DNA of 64,000 nt from Octopus vulgaris. Its lineage: Eukaryota. The position numbers and the translations under genes were made by a program. Under the pieces are notes generated by a model that was given only the letters and a program-made list of their open reading frames with translations, was not told the DNA's origin and searched no databases. The stretch is taken from positions 11,966,001-12,030,000 of the forward strand of contig OX597839.1 of the NCBI GenBank assembly GCA_951406725.2, given 5' to 3'. Position 1 is the first letter of the stretch; every line of letters begins with the position of its first letter. Shown piece by piece: positions 27,166 through 40,750 of this stretch.

Positions 27166-28194
27166 AAAAGATAGATAAATAGACAGACAGACAGACAAAC
27201 AGATTGACAGACAGACGGGCATGCAGATAAGGTATATCAGCATGGACATTAATAGCAATGGCGATGAACATATATAAATATGGTTCAGATTTTGATAACT
27301 TACAATTAAATGAGAGTAAATGTGCGAATTCCTTTTCGTAGGGTTAACTATTTGTTAATTAGCGACTGAGAACAGCTGGGTGGATATTAGGGTAGTGCAT
27401 GTGTGTGTGTGTATGTGTATAATAGGTGTGTGTAAGTGTGTGTGTGTGTGTAATAGGTGTGGTATACTGGGGAGTAAATGAACGTGTGGTTGTTGCTTCT
27501 GTAAATGACGAAATATTCTTTTCTACTCTAGGCACAGGGCCCGAAATTTTGGAGGAGGGGGCCAGTCGATTAAATCGACCCCAGTACACAACTGCTACTG
27601 AACTTATCGACCCCAAAAGAACTTATCAACGACCTACGGGATGATAAACCTGACTCGCCGAAGGGCGGAGAAACTCAGATAAGTCAACTGGCAACGAAAT
27701 AAAACAACTGGGAGTAAGCGGCCCTTGGCACTTGTCACAACATCCTTGTAGGAGCGGGACACTGATGTAAAACTTGCGGTTTCATACGATCCCTGGTCAT
27801 CTCGCTTCAGCCTGTCACTGGGAACTAATCCCGTAGACTCAGAATGTTGTCCTCATATCGTACAAGCGTTTATCACTATAATCTGATGATGTACGGATGT
27901 CTCTTTATGGTGACCGCATTTGTCATTTGTCATTCTAGCTTGTCGTACGGCGATGGAAGTGTGGCTACGTGAGCAGAACTAAGTGATAGAGCTTGAAGGA
28001 CAGAATAGTCATCGGAGAGGTCATGGACAGTCAGAATTGAGCTTGATATCGTGGAAGCACAAACAAACGGCAATCATCTGTGAGGATGGAGTAATTACAT
28101 TCGATATACATATATAGATGTATGTTCATATGAGTGTACGTGCACATGTGTTGAATATTTTATCTAAGTCCCTCTCTCTCACCTTCTCTCCCTC

Positions 28195-28230
<36 letters not shown>

Positions 28231-28330
28231 TACATAACTTTATATTATATACATCTTTAGATATATATTTATCCATCTTTATGTACACACACACACATAT
28301 ATACATGTATGCACATGCACACATATGCAC

Positions 28331-28405
<75 letters not shown>

Positions 28406-28580
28406 TGTATATATGCATATATATATTTGTATGTATGTATATATATATATATATATATACACACACGCACACATATGCACATGTATATATATATATGTGT
28501 GTGTGTGTGTGTGAGTGTATGTATATATATATACATATATATATGTAAGAATATATATATACATATACATATATGTGTAA

Positions 28581-28621
<41 letters not shown>

Positions 28622-29567
28622 AGTATAGATATATATACATATATATATAAGTATATATATATACACATATACACACGCATACATGTAAATATATATATAG
28701 ATACATATGCACTCATACATGCATACACGTATATATATATATACACACATACATACGTACATATAAATTCATACTAAATGCTACGTATTTGCCTATAGTC
28801 TCCCAATTAACTCACAAAATGCACCAAACCAACCAACATCAGAGTCATAAAATCCCTTCTCCACCCAGCCATGCAGAGGTGAACATATAACTTCGTGTGA
28901 TTCTCATTAGCAACTGTACCCAGTCAACTAGCCTAGCATATCTCGGTTATTCAACACTGACACATGCATAGCTTCTTATATATACACACACACATGCTTG
29001 TATGTGCATATACATAAAACACATACATTCACACATTCACACATACACACACGCACTCATGCACACACACACACACACACGCACGCACATGCATCTGCAC
29101 GTCCACACACTCACACGCACGGATATTGTTTATAAACATAAAACATTTATAGGTATGTCATAGTTTGCAAATTTTGGCTCAAAACCAGAAAATTTCGGCA
29201 CAAGTATTCAACTTGTACTTATTTTATCGATCCCGAAAGATGAAAGGCTAAGTCAACCTCGGTGGAATATGAACTCAGAATGGAAAGACGGACGAAATGC
29301 CGCTAAGCATTTTGTCCGGCGTGCTAACGATTCGGCACCTCGCCGCCTTATATAGATATATATTAGTTTCAAATTTTGTCACAATACCAGCGATTTCGGG
29401 GAAGGTGTTAAGTCGATTACATCGGCACCAGTGTTCAACAGGTGCTTATTTTTTCGACCCCGAAAGGATGAAACGCAAATTCATCCCCGGTGGAATTTGA
29501 ACTCAGAACATAAAGACAGACGATATGCCGTTTATTATTATTATTATTGTTATTAATATTATTATTG

Positions 29568-30041
29568 AGTGAGAGAGCAGTGCATGCCATCAAAGTAACA
29601 CAGGGGTAAAATATACGAAGCCCAGTATACCCATCATGACTACCCGTCTGATAAGGGCACACCAGGCACATGCATCACAATCATATTTGCGCAACATGGT
29701 GATCTCATATCAAGATAAACAGCGTATGACCTTGCAGGCGGGGCCCAGTCAGAATTTTCTTCTGGTCGAGTAGCCCTTCCCGCTCAAAAGGTCCCTGAAT
29801 AAGGTTTGTTTAAGGATGTTGAACGAACCACCCATGTTCCCAAAGGTGAATTATCCAAACCTCCAAGAATTCCTTTCAACACATGGCTATGATGCTCCCC
29901 CGCTACTTCTGCTCGTGATCAGAGATGCACATCTCGTCAGCCACTAAGGGACATGCTCAACTGGTTAAGGTCAAACAACTGACAAGCAAATCTGTGGTAT
30001 TGAGCAGAATATTATGCTGTAGCCCATCTTTTATACCAAGA
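29568..30041 (-). mobile_element. (TAA)n-associated ~550-bp repeat, copy 3
   Basis: Homologous to 9321-9822, with TTA arrays on both sides. Confidence 0.85.
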
Positions 30042-31051
30042 CTATTATTATCTTCATTATTAATGTTATTATTATTATTATTCATTTAATCATTCGCCAT
30101 TTACCATTGTGTTCTGCAGCGCGTTAATTACTATTTAGAATAGTTTGAGGCGGTTAACATCAATTTCCAAAGGTTGAGGAGTATTAGAATCACATTTATT
30201 GCGAAACAACGAAAGCCACTCACTCAAACGCCCCATCCTCGCTCCTTCACCCCATCCCTCTTTCCTTCCCTTACTCACTTACTACATCATCCAGCTATTT
30301 TAGAATCCTCCTTCTCTCTCACGCTCATTCTCCTTCTTGTACAATTAGTGTAAGATTACGGCTGCGATACTGTGCAGAACAGGAAATTAGGGTAAGAAAT
30401 TAATTTGTCTTTGATAATATTTAATTAGATAATCCGTGATATAAAAGCTACAGATATGACACCATTTTGACATCGTAGATTAAGAGAGTGGAGGAGAGAG
30501 AGGAGTAGATTTATGACTAAGACAAACCACGATAATAATAGATACAATTAAGCTTTATTGAACGTCTAATTGCCTCTCTAAGATGGCTGCCGGAAGTTAA
30601 AGTTGCTCAAACGGTCAATACGCCATTCAATTAGTTGAAAATTATGTTGAAATCATTAAACAGTCACCGGTACTCAGTGTGAAGCGCAGCCATGTTGGAT
30701 TAAATTTACGTCTATTATCTTCTTGACTTACACTTCATAATACAAGCCACATTCAGGCATTGGCTTTTGAGGTTGGTTAAAAAGGTTCGTTTAGTAAACA
30801 CGTAATTTCGACGTTTTGGTTTCGATCTCACTGGTCAGTATCTTGAGAAAGATTTTTCTCTATCATTGATTCGGGGAAAGTTAATGCCTTTCTGAATGAA
30901 AACTATGCAGAAGTGTGTGACGGATGAGATAACCCATTTAGGGATCATTAGTGGAGTTCACTTTGTTGGAAGTATTCGGATCGTATCTTCTTCCTTGCCA
31001 CTAGGTCGCAGTGCTTTCTCTTTTGATTAAGCGATTAAAATTACTTCTATA

Positions 31052-31700
31052 TTCGTCTCTGAGGAGATCAAATTATGTCGAAACACCGAGTGTAGCGATC
31101 CACGGGCGTTCTGAGCGAAGTCACACAAGTCTCTTTGAGATGTTTCTCCGAGACAAAATATTACAGCCAGTGCTGTTCTACCTATGTATACACATTGATT
31201 TCAAATGTTGATACAAAGCCAGCAATTTCGGCCGAGGGTGCTAGTCGATTACATCGACCCCAATATTCAACTGGTACTTATTTTATCAACTCTGAAAGTC
31301 AAAGTCGATCTTGGCAGAATTTGAACTCAGAACGTACAGACGAACGAAATCCTGTTAAGCATTTTGACGACATGTGAACGTATCTGCCAGCTCGCCACCT
31401 TTACGTTGGTATAATACACTGGTGTTTTAATCTAATGCTATTTCAAATGCATCTATTAAACAGCAACGGTTCTGCATAAGCCAGTAACTATTTTGTTCAC
31501 TGATTTCTATAGCATTTGTTCAGAACGTCGAGAGTATTTGCCACTGAGAAGCGTAAATCAAGTCGAAACATCGTGTCTGGCGATCACTGGTGTTCTGAGC
31601 GAAGCCTTGTGATTTTCATACTGAAGTCTCATTGAGATGTCTCTTTAAGACAAAATATTCCTGCTCGTGCCATCCCATTTTGTGTATATATTATAAACGT
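31052..31700 (+). repeat. Old diverged direct repeat pair, each starting with a decayed hammerhead (31054-31097, 31538-31583)
   Basis: TGCCA-CTGAGAA-...GTC-GAAA-CATCGTG-TC-TGGCG and CTGAGGA-...GTC-GAAA-CACCGAG. Both are followed by TTCTGAGCGAAG..AAGTCTC..TGAGATGT..AGACAAAATATT. Confidence 0.6.
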
Positions 31701-32074
31701 TATACACATCGCTGCTTCTTTATCTTTATTCTCTGTATATTTTAATGGCTGCTGATCTGCTCAACTTTAATCTTATATTCCTCTTCTTAAGGTTAAAAAT
31801 CGAGTGACTCGTCTTTCTGCAAATCCCATCGTTTCACTGTTACTGTCTCCCCCAACCCACCTCCTGTAAAAAGTGATTCAAGTCCAATAATCCAATAATT
31901 TCTTTCCATGAAACATCTGTTTATGGAACAGTCTTCTTTCTTCTTGGTTCTCAAATACAAAACATGAAATAATCTTAATTCTTCTGAATCCTGCGAAGAT
32001 CATTTTATTATTCTTACAGCAGCTTCTCAATTTTTGCTGTCTCCGTATCTTTTATAACTCCCATTTACACACCA

Positions 32075-32657
32075 GGGGTTTAGACGATTTTAAGATGGCC
32101 GAAAAATGTTGATAGCGACGAACGCTCTGGGTGACCTGCAACCAGCATAAATGAGAAAAACATAGCAGATCTGCTTGCAGCTGTGGGGGGGAAATCGCCG
32201 ACTCACCATCTGCGAGTGATCAGAGGATGTGAAGATTAGTTACGATTCGGTTCAGTCCATTATCACTGAAGATATGGGTATGAGACGTGTGTCTGGCAAG
32301 TTTGTGCCCAAACTGCTTTCAGCAGACCAAAAAGACACTCAGGTTCTCTTTGATTGTGTTGAGAACGATAAAAACTGTTTGAAAACTTTGTGTGGGCCTT
32401 TGGGCAGGTATGGCCAAGATTTTGGCAAAATTTGATGCAGATTCTCTGCTCAACTTAACTCTGTCATGGTCAGTGCGATGATCACACGCTACGCACGTTC
32501 CTTCCAAGCACTGCTGTAAATAGCAGAAGTGAGGTAGAACGTAGAAACTTAGTGTTCATGCATGGCAAAGTTCAAGGTCAATCTGTTCCAAGCTGCTTCA
32601 CTTTGCGCGTTGTAGCTTCGTTACTATGGCAACCGTCCGGATACTTAATGATCAGAC

Positions 32658-32660
<3 letters not shown>
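32075..32660 (+). mobile_element. mariner transposase relic with right TIR
   Basis: Reads FKDGR..DSDERSG.P..NRRLTI..SEDVKISYDSVQSIITEDMGMRRVSGKFVPKLLSADQK (WVP-like motif). Ends in CCGGATACTTAATGATCAGACC. Confidence 0.85.
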
Positions 32661-32699
<39 letters not shown>

Positions 32700-32898
32700 G
32701 AGTTAATCCAAACAGGAAAACACAACAACGCGAGGACGTGGAACAAGTATAGTATTATTGGACGCTCAGGAAAGAAGGAAAGAAGGAGGGTTTAACGTTT
32801 CGAGCGGAGCTCTTCGTCAGAAACATAGGAAAAGGAAAGATCCAAAGAAGGGAAGATGGAGGAAAAAAATCGCCAACGGTTCACACGCGGTCACATTT
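32700..32898 (-). mobile_element. Family H1 pLTR-like element with intact hammerhead at 32790-32824
   Basis: GTTT-CTGACGA-A-GAGC-TCC-GCTC-GAAA-CG-TT-AAAC. Confidence 0.9.
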
Positions 32899-32910
32899 TG
32901 AATATATATA

Positions 32911-33001
<91 letters not shown>

Positions 33002-33944
33002 ATATATATATATACTTACATAAAATAAAAGCATACGTACACATATGTACACACACACACACATACACACGCATGCACGCACGCACGCACGCACACGCAC
33101 ACACACACACAAATATAACATACGCATACAAAGCAAACAATATATGTACATGCAGAGACGAATCAATAAATACAACTGCGGCTGTTGTGAGTAATCTCAA
33201 TGTTCAATCATTTATGGAAATCCCTTTTGACGTCTCCGTATTTCAGTTTTAACAAATTGTTAACATCAAATACTTTACAGATCGGTTTGGAAGTAATTCT
33301 GTCTGTCGTTGCTAAGTCGACAGACAAAATGTCAATTAATTCTCAATAAATATATTGATAAATATATAAATAAATCAATGCCTGTATGTATGTATGTATG
33401 TATGTATGTATGTATGTATGTATGTATGTATGTATGTATGTATGCATGTATGTATGTATGTATGTATGTATGTATGTATGTATGTATGCACGTACGTATG
33501 CATGTATGTATGTATGTATGTATATGTATGTATGTATGCATGTATGTATGTATGTATGTATGTATGTATTTATGTATGTATGTATGTATGTATGCATGTA
33601 CGTATGCATGTACGTATGTATGTATGTGTGTATGTATGTATTTATGTATGTATGTATTTATGTATGTATTTATGTATGTATGTATTTATGTATGCATTTA
33701 TGTATGTATGTATGCATGTCTGTATGTATGCATATATGTATGTGTGCGTGTCTGTGTATATATGTGTGTATGCATGTATGTATGTACGCATATATGTATT
33801 ATGTGAGTGTGTCTGTGTATATATGTGTGTATATGTTAGTGTGTGAGTGTGTGTGTGTGTGTGAGAGAGAGAGAGTGTGTGCGCGCGCGTGTGTGTGCGT
33901 ACGTGTGTGTGGATATGAGGATAATCAATTTGATTAATAAAAGA

Positions 33945-34150
33945 AGGCGGCGAGATGGTAGAAACATTAGCACGCCAAGCGTAATGCTTAGTAATATTTC
34001 GTCTGTCTTCACGCTCTGAGTTCAAATTCTGCTTAGGTCGACTTTGCATTTCATCTTTTCGGGTTCGATAAATTAAGTACCAGATGCGTAATTTAATAGA
34101 TTAACACCCCTCCCCATAAAATTTGAGGCCTTGTGCCTGGAGTAGAAAAT
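33945..34150 (+). mobile_element. SINE family A
   Basis: GGCGGCGAGATGGTAGAAACATTAGC..GAGTTCAAATTC..TTTCATCTTTTCGGGTTCGATAAA. Confidence 0.85.
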
Positions 34151-34251
34151 AATCTAATTACTAAAAATAGTAGAATATAAAAATCATAGAATAAGAATGT
34201 GTAAGCATTTGTGCGCGTGTGTACAGATATGTATATATGTATATACAACAA

Positions 34252-34309
<58 letters not shown>

Positions 34310-34311
34310 AC

Positions 34312-34346
<35 letters not shown>

Positions 34347-34400
34347 CGTATATGTCTGCAATATGTATATATGTATGCATATATGAATGTATATAATATA

Positions 34401-34777
34401 CACTACCGTCAGAAATTAATTAGCACCCTTGATTTGCTCTTCACTCAAGGTATGTGCTGTCACCTAGTGGGCATATCTCGAACTATTGCTTTGTTGCGAG
34501 TTCACTGTTGCGCAGAACGATGACGTAACTTTGTTTGCAGAGCAGTTTGAGAGTCTACAGCCTTATGATGTTGACATAGCAGTGCAACAACTTGGAGTGC
34601 GGATGCAGACAAATCTTCCTTTGTTTAATAGATATAGGTAGCGCCTCGCAAGGACCGAAATCACACCATACTAAGTTTTCTCATCGCGTAAGACGTTTTG
34701 AACAGCTCATAGGTTAATTGATTTAACCTATTTAATGTAGAAATTTGAGAAGTGCTAATTAATTTCTGACGCAAGTG
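34401..34777. mobile_element. Tc1-like MITE with 26-bp TIRs and TA target site
   Basis: TA|CACTACCGTCAGAAATTAATTAGCAC ... GTGCTAATTAATTTCTGACGCAAGTG|TA (2 mismatches). Confidence 0.85.
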
Positions 34778-34805
34778 TATATATGTATATGTACGTGTGT
34801 GTTTA

Positions 34806-35007
<202 letters not shown>

Positions 35008-35303
35008 GGCGCAATGGCCTAGTGGTTAGGGCAGCGGACTCGCAGTCGTAGGATCACGGTTTCGATTCCCAGACCGGGCGTTGTGTGTGTTTATTGAGCG
35101 AAAACACCTAAAAGCTCCACGAGGCTCAGGCAGGGGGTGGTGATCCCTGCTGTACTCTTTCTCTCTTTCTTCTGTTGGCCTGCTCGCTTAGCCAGCGGGG
35201 TGGCGTCGTTCGAAGGCTAAAACAATCCGAACGCATTGTGACCAGCGATGTGTAGCAACATCTGATGGTCTGGTCGGTCACGTGATCACGTGGTCACGTG
35301 ATA
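35008..35303 (+). mobile_element. Full-length SINE family C (tRNA-Arg-like head)
   Basis: A-box TGGCCTAGTGG, anticodon-like arm GGACTCGCAGTC, B-box GGTTTCGATTCC, and a (GTCAC/GATCAC) tandem tail. Confidence 0.9.
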
Positions 35304-35723
35304 TATATAAGTCTATAATGTAATAATATATTTGAATGTATACTTATATGCGTAGATATATAGACATTTACATATACAAACATACTTACATGCCTACTCC
35401 ACACACACATAGTGAAGCACATGCACTATTTCTGCCATATCAATATATATATATATATATGTATATATTTGTCCTGTCCTCGTTGGTAAATATATAATGT
35501 ATAAATCAATTACAAAATGGCGACTGTTTTGAGAAACGACTTTGTCGACTTCCAGCATTTCTGAACTGCAATACAGTAAAAAAACAAATTGCCTTAGTTT
35601 GTTTCTCCTTTTGGTACTGGGTTTTTTTTTGTTGTTGTCATCGTTGCCGCTGGTAGAAGTGAGGTTGGTGGTGAGGGTAAGGCAGCTGGTGGTAGTGATG
35701 GCTTTCGCTCAGTCTTTACAATA

Positions 35724-35785
<62 letters not shown>

Positions 35786-35942
35786 TATATATATACACAC
35801 ATATATATATATATATATATACACATACCATACATATATATATATACATATATATATATATACGCACGCACAGAGACACACACATGCACATGTATGCGTC
35901 TACCAAGATACGTGAATATATTCTTTTCGCGCCCCCCTCTAA

Positions 35943-35995
<53 letters not shown>

Positions 35996-36115
35996 AACAT
36001 ACACATACATTCCTCCATCTATTCACTTCTCAATCTATCCAACAATCCGCCAATAAATACGTACATAAGTACATAATTGCGTACATATATATGTATAATT
36101 ATATATATACATATA

Positions 36116-36286
36116 TATATAATATTATTAGAGACAAAACCACTATTTTGCAAAACAAACAAGGAAAGACTTAATCAATACATAAATTAAAATTTTAAAA
36201 TATTAAAATTTTAAATTTTATGTATTGATTAAGTCTTTCCTTGTTTGTTTTGCAAAATAGTGGATTTGTCTCTAATAATATTATAT
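36116..36286. repeat. Hairpin palindrome, ~80-bp arms
   Basis: AATATTATTAGAGACAAAACCACTATTTTGC.. paired with ..GCAAAATAGTGGATTTGTCTCTAATAATATT. Confidence 0.95.
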
Positions 36287-36366
36287 AATATTTTACTATA
36301 AAATTGGATTTAATCCTAAATCTGATTTTTTCCCTGTAAATTTGGATTTATTCCCTAATATTTATT

Positions 36367-36407
<41 letters not shown>

Positions 36408-36492
36408 AATGAGAGAGAGGGGAGAGATGGCAGAGGGAAAGAGAGGGTAAAGAGGGGGAGATAGTATGAGATACTCTTGAACAGTTACACCG

Positions 36493-36529
<37 letters not shown>

Positions 36530-37245
36530 TGCATAGCTTTCTTCATTTTCATTAATTGTGAATATAACAGTTCTCTTGTATAATTCCGTACATTCTTATT
36601 GATCCAAAAATGTACCTGCAATTTTTTGGCATACTGAAATTAGCACCGCACGAAGAAAGTTACCAAACGGCTGTAATCCTATGGAAATTAGTCATGTGAA
36701 TAAATAAATCCATCTTCACCTCTCACACTCCCAGGCTTTATGTTTTATATATTCTCTACTGAAAAATTTATCGCTCGAATTTTATGGATTTTCAGTTACA
36801 CGGAGACCATTACGTTACATTAAATTCTAATTAATTTATTTGTAGACTGATAGCCGATTCCGAATGAGGAGCTGCATGATACTCTGAATCCATATTTTAT
36901 GCTACTATTTTATATGGATATGCATACGAGTATGTATGTATACATGTAAGTATGTAAGAGAGTGCATACGGTGGCACCTGTTTCTCCTGAGCTAATACTT
37001 TACACACACCACGTGCTCGCGTTGTTGTTTTCTTCTTGTGTTCTTCCTCGTTTCTTGGATTAACTATATATACATACATACAGACATATAGATAAAAAAA
37101 ATATATATAGATAGATAGATTAATCGGCCGAAATTGCGAGGATGATCCGGTTATTGACTGAAGATTGAAGGCTTCGAATGTCCTTTCCGTGTTTTTTGTA
37201 TCGTCTTCTAAATGTTTTACGTTCTTGTCCCAGTTTGTATTTTTC

Positions 37246-37318
<73 letters not shown>

Positions 37319-37336
37319 CATACATATATATATATG

Positions 37337-37402
37337 TTTTTCTAGAGAACATTCTTTCGTTGTTGTTTGATCGTATGTGATTTATTTCTAGCATATGGCT
37401 GT

Positions 37403-37449
<47 letters not shown>

Positions 37450-37651
37450 GGTCCCGGGTTGAGTCGGGGTTAACCACAGTAAATAAGGTACTCAATGCTT
37501 CCTGATGATTTCTTTTGAATGAAACAGTTCTAGTCCTGTAGAAGCTCCTTCTATAAAATATATATATATATATATATATATATGGACAGCCATATGCTAG
37601 AAATAAATCACATACGATCAAACAACAACGAAAGAATGTTCTCTAGAAAAA
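37337..37651. repeat. ~70-bp inverted repeats enclosing a hammerhead-bearing segment
   Basis: 37337-37405 is the reverse complement of 37581-37651. Confidence 0.92.
37497..37545 (+). ncRNA. Type I hammerhead ribozyme with a monomer-competent stem III
   Basis: GCTTC-CTGATGA-T-TTC-TTTT-GAA-T-GAAA-CAG-TTCTAGTC-CTG-TA-GAAGC. Confidence 0.85.
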
Positions 37652-37799
37652 CATTCAGAGGAAACCAGAACAATAGGCGGGCAAGACAGATGAAAATTAT
37701 ATAAAAATCAAGAATTAATCGTATACTGGTTTCGTTTATATGCTAGGCTACTGGTTTTAAATTGATATTAATTAAATTAATATTCAATTTATCTCCCTC

Positions 37800-37877
<78 letters not shown>

Positions 37878-37878
<1 letters not shown>

Positions 37879-37961
37879 GAGGGGTGTTTGAAAAGTCTTG
37901 AAACGCAAAAAACTGAACATGGTACAATACTTCAAGGATCAAAACTTTACTACACACCTCA
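37878..37961. mobile_element. Tiny mariner-type MITE in (TA)n
   Basis: TA|CGAGGGGTGTTTGAAAAGT ... ACTTTACTACACACCTCA|TA, with imperfect TIRs. Confidence 0.5.
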
Positions 37962-38304
37962 TATATATATATATATATATGCATGCGCGTACATTAAGCC
38001 AAACATACAACTATACAAACAGAAGTAAATACACAAAGATAAACTTACGTATACCTAACCACACGCAGTTTTATGTAATTCATTTAACGGATCTAAATTG
38101 CAAGTGAAATGATCACCCCACTTCCGCCTCTTTACATGTTTACTTGTGTATGTGTGTGTGTATGTAGGTGGCAAAGGACGTACTTACAAATATTTGGTAA
38201 TATTTGTTACAATCCTAGTCAAACAAACGCGCGCGCACGCACACTTACTCACACACACATACGCGCCTTTAAATGTATACTTATAAGCATATCTATATAT
38301 GCGC

Positions 38305-38335
<31 letters not shown>

Positions 38336-39224
38336 ATGTTTACATACATACGTACATGCATGCATACATACATCTTTGTATATATATATATATATATATA
38401 TATAATGTTTACATACATACGTACATGCATGCATACATACATCTTTGTATATATATTCACGTATGCTTAGACACATACATACATAGGCATACAAATACAT
38501 AAATATTCATGTATGTTGTGGTGTATTTTTGGCACGCATTTAGTATGTTAGCTCCAACATACCATACCTGTGGACACACACACGAACAGACACACACGCA
38601 GGCACCTCCACACACACATATACATACATACATACATACATAAGTTCTTACATACAGGTGTATGTGCGCGCGCACAAATACGTATGCGCAAATGTATTAC
38701 TTTAACGTGCCTCATTTCTTACAATTTTTATGTATTCCGCTCTCCTTTCCTGTACTGTCTCTTTCTCTCCTGTCTCCTCCTCCCCTGTCTCCTCCTCCCC
38801 TTCCTCCTTCATATAACCTTTGTCTCTTCCCTCTATCGCTTCTCTCTCTCTCTCTCCTGTCCACCACTTTCTTCTTTTCACTCTCTGTTATTGCACAATT
38901 TATGTTATTTGCCAACGAAATTACATTTTTCTATTCCTTACCGAAACATCAATCGATGGAATTGTGTTTCGGGTGACAACGTAATTCCGTGGAAACGATT
39001 CTCATCAACGTTTATTGCCATTTTAACTGAATTCCCGCCAGATATTATCTAGTGACGAGAAAAGGAGAGAGAGAAACAGACAGATTTTGAAAGAATGAAA
39101 GAGAGAAAGAGTGATCAGAGAGAGTGGTGACGACGGAAGGAGAGCGACGAAGGGAAGACAATGTTTACGATTGGCAAACGAATACCCATTTCCAATCCAC
39201 TCTCTCCCGTTCCCTCTCTGTTTC

Positions 39225-40095
39225 TCTCTCTCTCTCTTCCTCTCCATTTCTCAGAATCTCTCTCTTCATTTCTCAATATCTCCCCTCGTTTCTCTCTCTC
39301 TCTTCCTCTCCATATCTCAGAATCTCTCTCTTCATTTCTCAATATCTCCCCTCGTTTCTCTCTCTCTCTCTCTTCCTCTCCATTTCTCAGAATCTCTCTC
39401 TTCATTTCTCAATATCTCCCCTCGTTTCTCTCTCTCTCTCTTCCTCTCCATTTCTCAGAATCTCTCTCTTCATTTCTCAATATCTCCCCTCGTCTCTCTC
39501 TTCCTCTCCATTTCTCAGAATCTCTCTCTTCATTTCTCAATATCTCCCCTCGTCTCTCTCTCTCTCTTCCTCTCCATTTCTCAGAATCTCTCTCTTCATT
39601 TCTCAATATCTCTCCCTCGTCTCTCTCTCTCTCTCTTCCTCTCCATTTCTCAGAATCTCTCTCTTCATTTCTCAATATCTCCCCTCGTCTCTCTCTCTCT
39701 CTCTCTTCCTCTCCATTTCTCAGAATCTCTCTCTTCATTTCTCAATATCTCCCCTCGTCTCTCTCTCTCTCTTCCTCTCCATTTCTCAGAATCTCTCGCT
39801 TCATTTCTCAATATCTCCCCTCATCTCTCTCTCTCTCTTCCTCTCCATTTCTCAAAATCTCTCGCTTCATTTCTCAATATCTCCCCTCGTCTCTCTGTCT
39901 CTCTTCCTCTCCATTTCTCAGAATCTCTCTCTTCATTTCTCAATATCTCCCCTCGTCTCTCTCTCTCTTCCTCTCCATTTCTCAAAATCTCTCGCTTCAT
40001 TTCTCAATATCTCCCCTCGTCTCTCTCTCTCTTCCTCTCCATTTCTCAGAATCTCTCTGTTCATTTCTCAATATCTCCCTCACCTCTCTCTCTCT
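39225..40095. repeat. Pyrimidine-rich minisatellite, ~13 x 60-70 bp
   Basis: Unit TTCCTCTCCATTTCTCAGAATCTCTCTCTTCATTTCTCAATATCTCCCCTCG(TC)n. Confidence 0.97.
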
Positions 40096-40449
40096 CTCTC
40101 TCGTTCGCTCCTATTTATATTCTTCTCTCTCTATCTCATTATTTCCAAACTCATTCTCTGTCTCTCAGCCCACTACCTCTCTCTCTTACTCGTTCTCTCT
40201 CTATTTCCAGAAACCCTTCCCTTATTTCCCAATACATCTCCCTCTCTCTTTTCGCTCCTTCACTTTTTATTCCCCCTTTCTACTTCTCATTATTTCGAAA
40301 ATATGACTCTCACCATCTGTCTCATTCACTTTCACCCTCTCTCTCATTATATCTCTCTCTGTTTTTCCCACCCTCTATAGATGTCTTACTACCTCCCTCA
40401 TTTCTTCTCTCGCTCACTCTTTATCTCTTTTCGTTTCCTTTTTTAAGGA

Positions 40450-40750
40450 ATTGGCAGTCAAATGAATCGACCCCAGTACATTTTAAAACCTGGTACATAT
40501 TCTATCGGTCTCTTTTGCCGAATTGCTATTGTTACAGGGACGTAAACACATCATCACTAGTTGTGAAGCGATGGTAGGCGACAAACACAAAGACATACAC
40601 ACACAAAGACATACACACACAAAGACACACACATACGACGGGCTTCTTTCAGTTTCCGTCTACCAAATACATTCACAAGGATTTGGTCGGCCTGAGGATA
40701 AGGTAGAAGACACTTGCCCGAGGTGCCACGCAGTGCAATTGAACCCAGAT
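40450..40750 (-). mobile_element. SINE family B
   Basis: GACGGGCTTCTTTCAGTTTCCGTCTACCAAAT..GACACTTGCCCGAGGTGCCACGCAG. Confidence 0.85.

Noticed and set aside
27640-28100. GC-richer unique-looking stretch (similar at 24800-25040 and 25630-26060), possibly TE-derived
   Set aside because: No diagnostic motif, ORF or second copy in the window, so it cannot be classified without a database search.
35008-35080. tRNA-Arg gene
   Set aside because: The acceptor stem is incomplete and it continues into a multi-copy SINE body, so it is a SINE head rather than a tRNA.
39111-40577. 488/418/381-aa ORFs and a CRISPR-like periodicity
   Set aside because: This is a pyrimidine minisatellite open in all three frames. 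The units are contiguous with no unique spacers, in a eukaryotic context with no cas genes.
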